The notes beneath the pieces are model-generated. The model ran no database searches, was not told the DNA's origin, and worked only from the letters and a program-made list of their open reading frames with translations. A stretch of DNA of 40,453 nucleotides from an uncultured Candidatus Saccharibacteria bacterium. Lineage in GTDB: Bacteria > Patescibacteriota > Minisyncoccia > Phycocordibacterales > PALSA-1337. Location: the NCBI GenBank assembly GCA_964459225.1, contig CAYWKB010000003.1:1-40453 (forward strand). The letters are read 5' to 3'. How positions within the stretch are numbered: position 1 is the stretch's first letter; each line of letters starts with the position of its first letter. The translations under genes were made by a program, and so were the position numbers. Shown here piece by piece: positions 10,295-20,117 of the stretch.

Positions 10295-11356
10295 TTACTC
10301 TTCCAATTTAACAAATTTACCATCAATGTAATTATGAATTTCAGATATGGTTGGTCGAGTGCCGTTTTTATCGAAATATATGTCACCAGATACACCAGAA
10401 TATGAGAAGTTGTTATTTAAAAGATCAATCCATTTATTCTTGTTTTCTGATGAAAGCTTCTTGATTATTTGCACAACATCATATCCATAATCTGTTGCAA
10501 AACCAGAGTCGACTAAATAAGTTTTTTTATATTCATCATTGAATTCCAGAGTTCTTGTATTTGCCATAACAACTGAAATACATTTATTCAATGATTGCAT
10601 TCCAACTGCTTCGATATATTGATTCACCACAACAACAACATTCATATCACAAATTGGTTGTGGTTTATTATTATATTTTGATAATTCTTTTAAAAGTTTA
10701 ATACCCGATTCTAATGGTACAAAAATTGTAAAAGCATCAACTTCAGATGTAACAACTTTTTTAGCTTCAATTCGCATATCAGATGATGAAATAACTGGAA
10801 ATTCTTTGATAACAGTTGTGCTTGCAACACCTTCTAGAAACAATTTATGATTATTTACAAATAAAGTGTTATCTTTAGCATATACAACAGCTATTGTGTT
10901 ATATCGTTTAGATGCCTCCTCACCAAGTCTTGTAAATAATCCTGTCCCTTGTGGCATTATTTGAAATACATTATCTCTATCATGTGATAGTTCATCACCC
11001 AAAATGAACATTATATCTTTATTTTTATTAATTAATGGTTTTATAATTTCAATTGTTGGTGAACTTATACTCACAATAATATCTACACTATCCAAATCTA
11101 CTAGTTTTCGATATGCAGACAAACCTGTTTTTGCATCGTATTTATCATCTTCAAAAATAAATTGAATTTCGGTTGAACTGTTGTTACTTAATTTCATTGC
11201 ATTACGAATTCCTTCACCTATAGATGCATACTGCCCACTTAAAGGAAGTATTACACCAACCCGTATTGTGTCTGATTTTGATTTATCGTTAATTCTAATA
11301 GCGACAAACATTGCAACAAAAATAAATATAACTGTAAGTATTGTTTTTTTCTTCAT
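10295..11356 (-). CDS. LivK-like (type 1 periplasmic binding fold) substrate-binding protein, paralog 4
   Basis: N-terminal TM anchor, IRVGVILPLSG, FEDDKYD, GVSGDIYFDKNG; ATG at 11356 preferred over ORF-track start 11392. Confidence 0.85.
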   Translation of the reverse strand: MKKKTILTVIFIFVAMFVAIRINDKSKSDTIRVGVILPLSGQYASIGEGIRNAMKLSNNSSTEIQFIFEDDKYDAKTGLSAYRKLVDLDSVDIIVSISSPTIEIIKPLINKNKDIMFILGDELSHDRDNVFQIMPQGTGLFTRLGEEASKRYNTIAVVYAKDNTLFVNNHKLFLEGVASTTVIKEFPVISSSDMRIEAKKVVTSEVDAFTIFVPLESGIKLLKELSKYNNKPQPICDMNVVVVVNQYIEAVGMQSLNKCISVVMANTRTLEFNDEYKKTYLVDSGFATDYGYDVVQIIKKLSSENKNKWIDLLNNNFSYSGVSGDIYFDKNGTRPTISEIHNYIDGKFVKLEE

Positions 11357-11472
11357 AAAACTAACATTACACTCTATTTTTTTTAATTTCAATTTTCCTT
11401 AAATTTTAATAAATAAATACTATAAATATTTAATGGCAAGCCTTAATATAGCCATTTTCTAAAAATTAAAAC

Positions 11473-11501
11473 TTGACTAAAAAGTAGTCAGGTTCTATCA
11501 T
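11473..11501 (+). promoter_or_regulatory. Promoter of TrmB-1 with an overlapping palindromic operator candidate
   Basis: TTGACT (11473-78) - 17 nt - TATCAT (11496-501); inverted repeat TGACTA-N5-TAGTCA (11474-11490); ATG at 11511 implies a nearly leaderless mRNA. Confidence 0.65.
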
Positions 11502-11510
11502 ACAATTAAT

Positions 11511-12284
11511 ATGGATAATAAAAAAATACCGCAAGCTATCAGTACTATATTAGGTCTATCAAGGCAGGAGAATGCAATACTATCGGCAATTTCTGATATG
11601 GCTAAGCAAATTTCTACAATTGCAAGATTAACAAAGCTCCCCCGTACTTCATTACTCTATATACTCAAGAATCTAGAAAAAAGGAATTTGGTTAAACCGA
11701 TCAAAATCAATAAACATAAGTATTGGAAATCTAATACGATAAATGCATTTCGAATGCTTAGAAATGCAACACCCGAAATCATTGTTCACAACGGAATACC
11801 TGAAATTTTGAACATTTTCGAAAGACTTGCAAATCAACCATTCAATTCTCGTATAAGGGCAATTCAACCAGATAATTCCATAAAATATGCCCTAAGGAAA
11901 GTCCCTGTTAAATTTCTTTATTCAATTAATACAGCTATTAAGGATAATAAATATATTTTTGAAGGTATTGTACATGAAAAATCTGTTAGTACTATAATTT
12001 CTGAACTCGGAAGGAGTGATGCGAAAAAGATTTATAATAGTTTTATTGGACGTTTAGAAGATTATGTCAAAATTCCTAGTGACTTCGCTAATGTTGAGTC
12101 TGAGATATATATATTTGGCGCATCAGCATACATTATAAATTGGAATAGAGAAATTGGTTTAGAAATAAATAATAAAGATATTGTTGAACTTTTAATAGCA
12201 ATGTTCTCCTGTGTAAAAGAGCTTGGAACAAGATACAATCAGTACAAAGAAATGGAAGCTACTCTCCCAAATACGATTCAATAA
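11511..12284 (+). CDS. TrmB-family transcriptional regulator 1
   Basis: N-terminal wHTH (ILGLSRQE...IARLTKLPRTSLLYILKNLEKRNLV) plus C-terminal effector-type domain; divergent from LivK paralog 4; 3' end overlaps livG by 26 nt. Confidence 0.8.
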   Translation: MDNKKIPQAISTILGLSRQENAILSAISDMAKQISTIARLTKLPRTSLLYILKNLEKRNLVKPIKINKHKYWKSNTINAFRMLRNATPEIIVHNGIPEILNIFERLANQPFNSRIRAIQPDNSIKYALRKVPVKFLYSINTAIKDNKYIFEGIVHEKSVSTIISELGRSDAKKIYNSFIGRLEDYVKIPSDFANVESEIYIFGASAYIINWNREIGLEINNKDIVELLIAMFSCVKELGTRYNQYKEMEATLPNTIQ

Positions 12285-13011
12285 CATTCTTTCTTTGAAG
12301 AATTTCATCAGGCTTTCCTTCAGCAAGAATCTCCCCTGAATCGAGTACATATAAATAATCAGATAATTCTCTAATAAGATCCATGTTATGCTCTATAAGT
12401 ATAACTGCTTTACCTTTATCTCGTAATTCTTTCATAACTGATGCAACAATCTTGATCATTTCAGGAAACATTCCAGCGAAAGGCTCATCTAGAAAAATAA
12501 TATTTAAATCACCAACGCCACCATGAGTCATGGCAAGTACACGAGCTATTTCAAGAAGCTTACGCTGTCCGTATGAAAGATTTTTAGCTAGCTCATTTCG
12601 TTTCTCCCATAACCCAACTTTTTTCAAAACTTCTTCAGATTTTTCTAGATGAAAAGCTCCATGTTTTTCAAATAGTGATTTCCAAATACTTCTTTCTGTA
12701 AGTACTACGAGAATATTATCTATAACCGGCATCTGTTCGAACAATTTAACATCTTGAAATGTTCTTGTTATACCGAGCAGTGGTACTTCGTGTGCTCTCA
12801 CAAGTTGCAATCGTTCTACACCAGCTATTATAACTTCCCCAGAATCAATTGGAATCATTCCTGTAAGAATATTTATAAGTGTAGATTTACCTGAACCATT
12901 TGGACCAATAATACCGGTTATTTCACCGGCACTAAAATCAATTGATAACTTATTTACCGCATAGACGCCATCGAAGTGTTTAGATATTTGTTTTGTTTCA
13001 AGAATTGACAT
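12259..13011 (-). CDS. livG: Branched-chain amino acid ABC transporter ATP-binding protein LivG
   Basis: GPNGSGKST, GITRTFQ, LSYGQRKLLEIAR, LDEPFAG; ATG at 13011 preferred. Confidence 0.9.
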   Translation of the reverse strand: MSILETKQISKHFDGVYAVNKLSIDFSAGEITGIIGPNGSGKSTLINILTGMIPIDSGEVIIAGVERLQLVRAHEVPLLGITRTFQDVKLFEQMPVIDNILVVLTERSIWKSLFEKHGAFHLEKSEEVLKKVGLWEKRNELAKNLSYGQRKLLEIARVLAMTHGGVGDLNIIFLDEPFAGMFPEMIKIVASVMKELRDKGKAVILIEHNMDLIRELSDYLYVLDSGEILAEGKPDEILQRKNVIESYLGE

Positions 13012-13055
13012 ATGTATACATTTTTCCACATTTTTGGTATTTAGTAAACAAAACC

Positions 13056-13081
13056 GCGCAGTCAGCCGAAGCTAACTGCAC
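13056..13081 (-). terminator. Terminator between LivK paralog 3 and livG
   Basis: Minus strand GTGCAGTTAGC-TTCG-GCTGACTGCGC followed by GGTTTTG. Confidence 0.7.
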
Positions 13082-13136
13082 GTAGTGATGCTGAGTTCCT
13101 GTACTCAACCAAAATTTAGTACACCAATATAAATTC

Positions 13137-14231
13137 TTACTTACTGAAAGATCCCCTAGGTAGTTCTCCATTTATAATTTCTCCTATATGTACCTTAGGA
13201 GTCCTAAGTCCATTCTCATTAAAAATAATCTCTCCACTAGCTCCCTGCATCTTTATTTTCTGGATATTTTCTATCCATTTCTTATTATCAACATCATAAG
13301 CCTTCATTAAAATATTAAATGAATCATAACCTATTGACGCACCAATTCCAGGCTCACTTCCATATTTATTTTTATAAGAAGTAATGAAATCTTGTTTATC
13401 ATTATCACCAACTGTAACCATGGCAATTGAACCATTGAGCGGTTGAAAACTTCCAAGAACTGATTTTATCTCCTTTTCGCCAGTTTGTATGTCTTGGTCA
13501 AAAACAAATACTAGTGGAGATTTTGATTGTTGTTTAGCCTCTTTGACAATTATGGCTGCATGTTGAGGTATAGTAAACAAAACAATTGCATCAGGTCTTT
13601 CAGTTAATAATTTTAAGACATCAGTTCTTACATCCCTACTAGAAGAATCAACCTTAATTATCGTTGCTCCATCTCCATACCCCTCAATAAAAGCATTCGC
13701 AAAGTTTGTCCATGCTTCAATATTTTGTGCGGTTACTATGGCTACTTTTTTATATCCCTTATTCTTGACATATTCTCCTAGTTTAACTTGAGCCGGTACA
13801 CTACTTGGCCAAATCTGAAATATATTGTCTTTTTCAGGAGCTTTACTCTGCTCAAAACCTTGTATAAAAGGTTTATCAGTCTTATGTACTAGATCGTATA
13901 CAGCATCTACAGTAAAAGTTGTCATATTTATTAATGCATCTACATTATCAACAGATGAAAGCTTTTGATAGGCAGAAAGCCCTTTTTTAGCATCAAAGCC
14001 ATCATTCTCAGCTATCATTACAATTGATTGATCTGGATATAACGTCATCCATTGTTCTTTCGCTAGTTCAACACCTTTATTATAATTTTCACCCACAACC
14101 GCGTAGTCTCCTGTAGTTCCAGATATCAAACCGATTTTAACATCGAGGGATTCAGATTTATTCTGAAAAAAGTAGATCCCAAATACTATAACTAAGATAC
14201 TAATAATAATTGCTATTAATTTTTTATTCAT
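13137..14231 (-). CDS. LivK-like substrate-binding protein, paralog 3
   Basis: TM anchor, VKIGLISGTTG, ENDGFD, GASGEIIFNENG; alternative start at 14237. Confidence 0.85.
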   Translation of the reverse strand: MNKKLIAIIISILVIVFGIYFFQNKSESLDVKIGLISGTTGDYAVVGENYNKGVELAKEQWMTLYPDQSIVMIAENDGFDAKKGLSAYQKLSSVDNVDALINMTTFTVDAVYDLVHKTDKPFIQGFEQSKAPEKDNIFQIWPSSVPAQVKLGEYVKNKGYKKVAIVTAQNIEAWTNFANAFIEGYGDGATIIKVDSSSRDVRTDVLKLLTERPDAIVLFTIPQHAAIIVKEAKQQSKSPLVFVFDQDIQTGEKEIKSVLGSFQPLNGSIAMVTVGDNDKQDFITSYKNKYGSEPGIGASIGYDSFNILMKAYDVDNKKWIENIQKIKMQGASGEIIFNENGLRTPKVHIGEIINGELPRGSFSK

Positions 14232-14387
14232 ATGCACAAGTATAGTACAAGTTCACATTTATGTCATTCTTATTAGTAATTATAATTTATATATATAATA
14301 TTATATGAATATAGATAAGGATTATTTAGAATTCTACAAAATATCATCAGAATTGCTGATATTTTATAGTTATGATAGAAATAGTGT

Positions 14388-15122
14388 ATGGAAAAAATAA
14401 TTATCACACTGAATCAGTCTGGTTTTACAAACAAGGAAGCGACTGTTTATACAGCTCTTTTATCGTGTGGGACTGCATCTGCTTACACAATTGCCGAAAA
14501 AACAGGCCTAAAACCTTCTACAACTTATTTAATTTTACAAAATTTAATTCAAAAAAACTTTATATACTCCATACCTAGAGCAAAGAAAAAACTTTTTTCA
14601 GCTCGTGATCCTAAAGATATAGTATCGGAAATCGAAAAAAAAGCAGCGCAAGCAAAAAAAATATTACCAGCAATGCTTGCTTTAATTCCTGCAGAAACAT
14701 TGAAAATCAAAATCAAATATTATCAAGGCCTAAGTGGAATCGAAGAATCACTTAACTATAGTCAAAAACATAGTATACCAACTAGTGAGGTTGTCGGCTT
14801 CTATGCGAGTGCTGAAAATGTTCCAGAAGAATATATTGAAATGTCTAAAAAGTTTATGCATGATCTTAAAAAAAGAAATATTAAAGTAAGAGGAATAACA
14901 CCCGAGCATCGATCTATAGAAGAAATGAAAATGATTCATGAAATGCTTGGTCATTCACTAAGAACAATTCCATACAAAGATTACTCCGCTCAAACATCGA
15001 TTGAAGCAGAAGATAGTATTGTTAGAGTGATTTTGAATCATGAAGAAAAAGCAATCGTTATTGAGAATATTGAATTAGCAAAAATGGTTAAACAAATATT
15101 TGAGATGGTTTGGAAAAAATAA
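14388..15122 (+). CDS. TrmB-family transcriptional regulator 2
   Basis: GFTNKEATVYTALLSCG...IAEKTGLKPSTTYLILQNLIQKNFI wHTH; C-terminal ...QIFEMVW typical of this family. Confidence 0.88.
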   Translation: MEKIIITLNQSGFTNKEATVYTALLSCGTASAYTIAEKTGLKPSTTYLILQNLIQKNFIYSIPRAKKKLFSARDPKDIVSEIEKKAAQAKKILPAMLALIPAETLKIKIKYYQGLSGIEESLNYSQKHSIPTSEVVGFYASAENVPEEYIEMSKKFMHDLKKRNIKVRGITPEHRSIEEMKMIHEMLGHSLRTIPYKDYSAQTSIEAEDSIVRVILNHEEKAIVIENIELAKMVKQIFEMVWKK

Positions 15123-15125
15123 TTA

Positions 15126-16229
15126 TTATAGCCCATACTCTACCGCCACCCCATTCTTTATAACCTGAATCTCCACTGGCACATTCTCTACTGCATGATC
15201 TACAGTAAACTTTATTACTCCGTTTGGAGTTGTAAATTTATTCTTTGATATATATTCAGCTACTTTAGTCTGGTCTGTTGAATTCGCAATAGAATTTACT
15301 AGGACATACACAGCATCAAAATACTTGTCAGCAGATTTTGTTGGTTCAATACCATATTCATTTTTATATAATTTTATAAACTCTTCACTTGATACTTCCC
15401 AATTCAAAATAACAACACCTTCTAGAAGACTCTTATCGGCTTGTTCAGCAAATGAATCATTTATACCATTGTAACTTATTATTTTCGGATTAAATCCAAG
15501 TTGTCTTGATTGAACAAGGAAATTAATTGGGTCATTACCCACCATATCTAGAAATACAGCATCTACCTTTTGTGATTTCAACTTTGTAATAGTTGTTCTG
15601 AAATTATTGTAACCTATTTGTGCGTATTCTTCATTGATAATTCCTACTCGACCATTCTCTTTCATAACACCATCTAATGTCTTAGCGATTTCATTTCCAA
15701 AAGTAGATTTGAAGTGCACTACGGCGAGTTTATTTATATTTTCCTTTTTAATATAAATCTTGAGTTCACGTATCACTTTATTAAAGTCAGTTAGCATTAC
15801 AAAACTCTGATCGTTTAATTCAAAACCATCAGAGATACGGAAATTGGAACCAGAAATGAATGCTAGGTTATTACTTTGTGCAAGTGGAATTAGTGGTTGT
15901 GCAGTAAAGTCGAATACTCCCCCAATAACTCCCTGAACCTTATCCAGATTAACTAATTTATTATATGCAGAAACCGCATCCTTGCCCTCGGTATGATCAT
16001 CTTCTATGATAAGTTCTACTTTTCTACCATTTATACCTCCATTATTATTTATATTTTTTACTGCAAGCTCCATGCCATTTTTTGCATATTCTCCCCAAGG
16101 TGCAGCAAAACCAGTCAAAGAAACCACCGCTCCAATCTTAATGGATTCATTTGAATACTTATTACTATTGAATGAAACACCAACTACAATTAATATAATA
16201 ATTATGACTGCTATTGTTATTTTTTTCAT
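15126..16229 (-). CDS. LivK-like substrate-binding protein, paralog 2
   Basis: TM anchor, IKIGAVVSLTG, GGINGRKVELIIEDD; ATG at 16229 preferred over 16316. Confidence 0.88.
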   Translation of the reverse strand: MKKITIAVIIIILIVVGVSFNSNKYSNESIKIGAVVSLTGFAAPWGEYAKNGMELAVKNINNNGGINGRKVELIIEDDHTEGKDAVSAYNKLVNLDKVQGVIGGVFDFTAQPLIPLAQSNNLAFISGSNFRISDGFELNDQSFVMLTDFNKVIRELKIYIKKENINKLAVVHFKSTFGNEIAKTLDGVMKENGRVGIINEEYAQIGYNNFRTTITKLKSQKVDAVFLDMVGNDPINFLVQSRQLGFNPKIISYNGINDSFAEQADKSLLEGVVILNWEVSSEEFIKLYKNEYGIEPTKSADKYFDAVYVLVNSIANSTDQTKVAEYISKNKFTTPNGVIKFTVDHAVENVPVEIQVIKNGVAVEYGL

Positions 16230-16230
16230 A

Positions 16231-16259
16231 TTGACATAAGTATACATGATTGTTAGTAT
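16231..16259 (+). promoter_or_regulatory. Promoter of TrmB-3
   Basis: TTGACA (16231-36) - 17 nt - TAGTAT (16254-59), with an extended TGn. Confidence 0.65.
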
Positions 16260-16290
16260 ATGTACATAATTCGGCGAAAAGCGAATAATT

Positions 16291-17058
16291 ATGATAAATA
16301 ACGATTTTCTAAGCATATTAGGATTAAAGCCAGTACCTCAAAGAGTATTACTGGACATAGTTAAACATGGAACTTCCAAAGTTACTGATATATCATTGCG
16401 TCTGAATATGCCCAAATCTTCAATTTACGATGCCCTATCAATACTTGTAAGCAATAGTTTGATTAATGAATACAGCGACGATAGAGGAAAAACATTTGGA
16501 ATTTCAGACAAAGAACAATTAGCCAGAGTACATAATGATAAGGTTGAGGAATTAAAAAAAGCCCATTCCTCCCTACTCACTTTCATACATAGTAATGTAA
16601 AGGAAGAATCAGTAGCTAAACCTAAAATTAAATTTTACTCAGGAGTAATTGGTATAAAGCAAGCATTTCGTGATATTCCATGGAATAGTAAATATACTGA
16701 AACTTATATGTTATGGCCAACAAGAGAGATGATTGATATTGATGAAGCATTCTTTAAATGGCATGGATCACAAAGATTTAAGTATAATGTTTTTATATAT
16801 GCAATTGAAAAACATGACGATAGAAAACTACAGAACAAAAATCATGAATGGCTAAAAAATGACAAGATTAAAAATCTTGTAGATGTGAGATATCTTCCGA
16901 AGGGTGTGGACTGTAAAATGAGTTACTGGATATATGGAAATACATGCTTATTTGCAAGTGGTGGAAAAGAGAAAATTGCATTTACAATTCACAGTAAAGA
17001 GTTTTGTGAGATTATGAAGCTGATGTGGGAACAACTGTGGAAAGTATCAAAAAAATAG
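16291..17058 (+). CDS. TrmB-family transcriptional regulator 3
   Basis: wHTH (ILGLKPVPQRVLLDIVKHG...ISLRLNMPKSSIYDALSIL), KIKFYSG linker, C-terminal ...MWEQLW. Confidence 0.85.
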   Translation: MINNDFLSILGLKPVPQRVLLDIVKHGTSKVTDISLRLNMPKSSIYDALSILVSNSLINEYSDDRGKTFGISDKEQLARVHNDKVEELKKAHSSLLTFIHSNVKEESVAKPKIKFYSGVIGIKQAFRDIPWNSKYTETYMLWPTREMIDIDEAFFKWHGSQRFKYNVFIYAIEKHDDRKLQNKNHEWLKNDKIKNLVDVRYLPKGVDCKMSYWIYGNTCLFASGGKEKIAFTIHSKEFCEIMKLMWEQLWKVSKK

Positions 17059-17066
17059 TTAGGTAT

Positions 17067-17933
17067 CTACAGTCTATACTCCCCCACCAACCCCTGTGGT
17101 CTATAGAGCATGAGCAATATCAGTATTAGACCATAAGTCACCTGCCTCATCTGCGCCGCGATATCTGAGGGAAATCCGATAAATCGCAAAATTTCTGGTA
17201 GAAGGATTAAACAAATTGCACCAACTATCGCTCCTTTGTTATTTGCCAATCCACCTAGAATAATAATTGCAAGAATAAAAATAGATTCTGTCAGAGAGAA
17301 TGACGATGGGTCAATAAAACTGATATAACTTGCAAATAATGATCCCGCGACAGCAGCCATACTAGCACCAATTACAAAGATTGCCAGTTTGTACCAAATT
17401 GTTCTATAACCAAACACTGATATAGCTTGCTCATCTTCACGAATCGCTTTTAACACCCTGCCGAAAGATGAATTAGTGATGAGTCGACATATTAAATAGA
17501 TCAAAAATAAAAAAACAATTGAGAGTACTAGAAACCAGATATTTTCAGAAAAAGTAAAACCAAGAAGTGATGGTCTTGGTATGCCCGGTATACCTAAAGG
17601 TCCTCGAGTTAATGATTGCCAATTCAAAAATATACTATATATAATCACGTTGAAACCAAATGAGCCAAGAGCGTAGTAGTCATCTCTAAATTTTGAGAGA
17701 ACAAGTCCAATTACAAAACTACACACTGCCGTAATGATGATCCCAATTATCAAAGCCATAAAAAAATTAATCTCTGTAGATGTAAGGAGTATCGCAGTAG
17801 CATAAGCACCCATTCCATAAAAAGCTGCCTGAGTCACACTAAGAAGACCTGTATAGCCGACTATCAGATTTAAAGAAAGACCGAGTATTCCGTAGATAGA
17901 GATGAGTATAGCGATGTGAATAAAATATTCCAT
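17067..17933 (-). CDS. livM: Branched-chain amino acid ABC transporter permease LivM
   Basis: SLNLIVGYTGLLS...AFYGMGAY, LTRGPLGIPGIPRP, FGRVLKAIREDE. Confidence 0.92.
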   Translation of the reverse strand: MEYFIHIAILISIYGILGLSLNLIVGYTGLLSVTQAAFYGMGAYATAILLTSTEINFFMALIIGIIITAVCSFVIGLVLSKFRDDYYALGSFGFNVIIYSIFLNWQSLTRGPLGIPGIPRPSLLGFTFSENIWFLVLSIVFLFLIYLICRLITNSSFGRVLKAIREDEQAISVFGYRTIWYKLAIFVIGASMAAVAGSLFASYISFIDPSSFSLTESIFILAIIILGGLANNKGAIVGAICLILLPEILRFIGFPSDIAAQMRQVTYGLILILLMLYRPQGLVGEYRL

Positions 17934-17934
17934 A

Positions 17935-18801
17935 TTATTTTTTTAATATTCCTTGCGGTCTGAATAATAGAAATAAAATTAGTACAATAAAAGCTATAGT
18001 ATCCTTCCATTCACCAGAGATTTGCCATATCCCAAAGTTTTCGATAAAAGCAAGAAAAAATGCACCGATAACCCCACCATAAACATTTCCAATACCTCCA
18101 ATAATACAAGCAATCACTCCTTTCAAAAGCAGAGAGAGACCCATTGTCGGTTCTATACCAGTATCAAAACCGATCAATATCCCAGCGAGACCTCCGATAG
18201 CAGAGCCGATGAAAAATACCCAGCCAATAATTTTCTCCGTATTTATACCAACAATTTTTGAAACTTCTTCATCATCCCCTATCGCCTTAACAGCTTTGCC
18301 AAAGATCGTATACTTGAATACCAAACCAATTATTATCATTATGAGTAGTGTTGTAATGAGGGTGATGATTTGAGTCTGAGTGATCACACCGCCAAATATA
18401 TCAAATATGCGATCCGATCCAGAATTTCGAGCTAATGTCTGAAATTGGCTTGTAAACAGAATTGCAATAATCGCCTGCATAGCAGTAAGAACACCTAGAG
18501 CCGCGACAAGAAGAACCATTCCAGATGATTTACGCTCACGTAATGGTGAATACACTAATTTGTAGACTATAAATCCTATAATACCAGAGATAGCGAGGCC
18601 CAAAATAATAGATAGATACATGTCCTGTCCAAGCGTTTTATAGAAATAGAACACAGAATATCCACCAACAGCAGTCAATGCACCATATCCTAGATCAAAG
18701 AATTTGGTTGTGCCATAGATCAAATTAAAACCAACAGCGATCATGGAGTAAATTGCTCCAGCGATGATACTATTTAAAATTAATTGTGGAAGAATTTCCA
18801 T
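17935..18801 (-). CDS. livH: Branched-chain amino acid ABC transporter permease LivH
   Basis: QLILNSIIAGAIYSMIAVGFNLIYG, FGKAVKAIGDD, LLFRPQGI. Confidence 0.92.
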   Translation of the reverse strand: MEILPQLILNSIIAGAIYSMIAVGFNLIYGTTKFFDLGYGALTAVGGYSVFYFYKTLGQDMYLSIILGLAISGIIGFIVYKLVYSPLRERKSSGMVLLVAALGVLTAMQAIIAILFTSQFQTLARNSGSDRIFDIFGGVITQTQIITLITTLLIMIIIGLVFKYTIFGKAVKAIGDDEEVSKIVGINTEKIIGWVFFIGSAIGGLAGILIGFDTGIEPTMGLSLLLKGVIACIIGGIGNVYGGVIGAFFLAFIENFGIWQISGEWKDTIAFIVLILFLLFRPQGILKK

Positions 18802-18806
18802 TTAGA

Positions 18807-19919
18807 CTATTTTATTTCGATAGCTTGTCCATCTTTGATTCTTTTAACGACATAGCTAACATGGACTATGTCACCATTATTATCGAAACTTATTGGACCT
18901 GAAGCTCCATCAAAACTCAAATTATGTAGGAATTCTGACACTTCATCGGGGTCTGTTCCAACTGCTTTGAATGCTTTAAATAATGCATCTGCAGCGTCGT
19001 ATGCCTGTGGTGCACATATTGCAATTTCATCGTTTGGAATCTTAGCGCTTAGTTTACTCCTAAACTTATCGGTTGGGGATGCAGATGATCCAATATAAAT
19101 TATATCTGCATTTCTATTTACTCCCCTGACAAATTTTGGATCACTCCAAGCATCGGCACCAAGAATTTTAACTTTTATATTCAAATCCTGTAACTGTTGA
19201 GTTGCAACTAATGCTCCATCAGTGTACATAGGCATATATAAATAATCTGGACTTTCCGCCTTTACCTTTGATAACTGAGTCTTGTAGTCGCGAACTTCAG
19301 ATGCAGTACCCTCAGTCAAAACAACCCTTCCACCCAATTCGATAAACCTCTTATTGAAAACGTCCTTTATGCCAGTTCCCCAGTCGCTTATGTGATACAA
19401 GATCGCAACATTACGGGCATTGAGTGTATTATATGCATATTCTGCAGCATACTTACCTTGATACGCATCAGATGGATAATCTCGGAAAAAATATTTTCCA
19501 GACCCAGTTAGATTTGGAGCCGATGAACAATATGCAATTGTTGGCACTTTTGCGTCCATAGCTAACTTTACAAAAGCAGAAGTTTCCGATGAACATAGTC
19601 CACCGACAATGGCAGTCACCTTATCAATATTTATCATTTTCTGAGCGGCGCTTACGGCAGCCGCTGGGGTGCATTTAGTATCTTCATAAATTGCTTCTAC
19701 TTTTCTACCATTGATACCTCCGAATTGATTTATTTCCTCAACTGCAACCTCAACAGCGGCCTTACTTACGTTTCCAAGAGAAGCAACATCTCCAGTCAAA
19801 GGTCCGATGAATCCAATTTTTATGGGTCCAGTATCGTCTTTATCCCCACCTAAAGTAACAAGCAATGTAATCACAATCATCGCAACTAAAAATACTATAA
19901 TCTTCGCGTTTTTTGACAT
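18807..19919 (-). CDS. livK: Branched-chain amino acid ABC transporter substrate-binding protein (operon-proximal LivK)
   Basis: IKIGFIGPLTG, GGINGRKVEAIYED, GGLCSSET, SSAPNLT, FDGASGPISFDNNGD; 5 nt upstream of livH. Confidence 0.9.
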   Translation of the reverse strand: MSKNAKIIVFLVAMIVITLLVTLGGDKDDTGPIKIGFIGPLTGDVASLGNVSKAAVEVAVEEINQFGGINGRKVEAIYEDTKCTPAAAVSAAQKMINIDKVTAIVGGLCSSETSAFVKLAMDAKVPTIAYCSSAPNLTGSGKYFFRDYPSDAYQGKYAAEYAYNTLNARNVAILYHISDWGTGIKDVFNKRFIELGGRVVLTEGTASEVRDYKTQLSKVKAESPDYLYMPMYTDGALVATQQLQDLNIKVKILGADAWSDPKFVRGVNRNADIIYIGSSASPTDKFRSKLSAKIPNDEIAICAPQAYDAADALFKAFKAVGTDPDEVSEFLHNLSFDGASGPISFDNNGDIVHVSYVVKRIKDGQAIEIK

Positions 19920-20010
19920 GATCTTAAGTTATTTTGTAATATCTAAATATTATCACATTTGCACCCACATTATCAATTTACTCTATCACATAAAAACTAT
20001 TAAGATTTAA

Positions 20011-20037
20011 CAAAAATCGCCCCATGTGGAGCGAATT
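20011..20037 (-). terminator. Probable terminator of the 20118-20531 gene
   Basis: Minus strand AAATTCGCTCC-ACAT-GGGGCGATTTT. Confidence 0.6.
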
Positions 20038-20117
20038 TGTTTTTTTAGATAACTATTTATTTTCTATAGAATTTTCCATGACTCTATACTCCATAATCTT
20101 TTCATTAAATACAAAAA

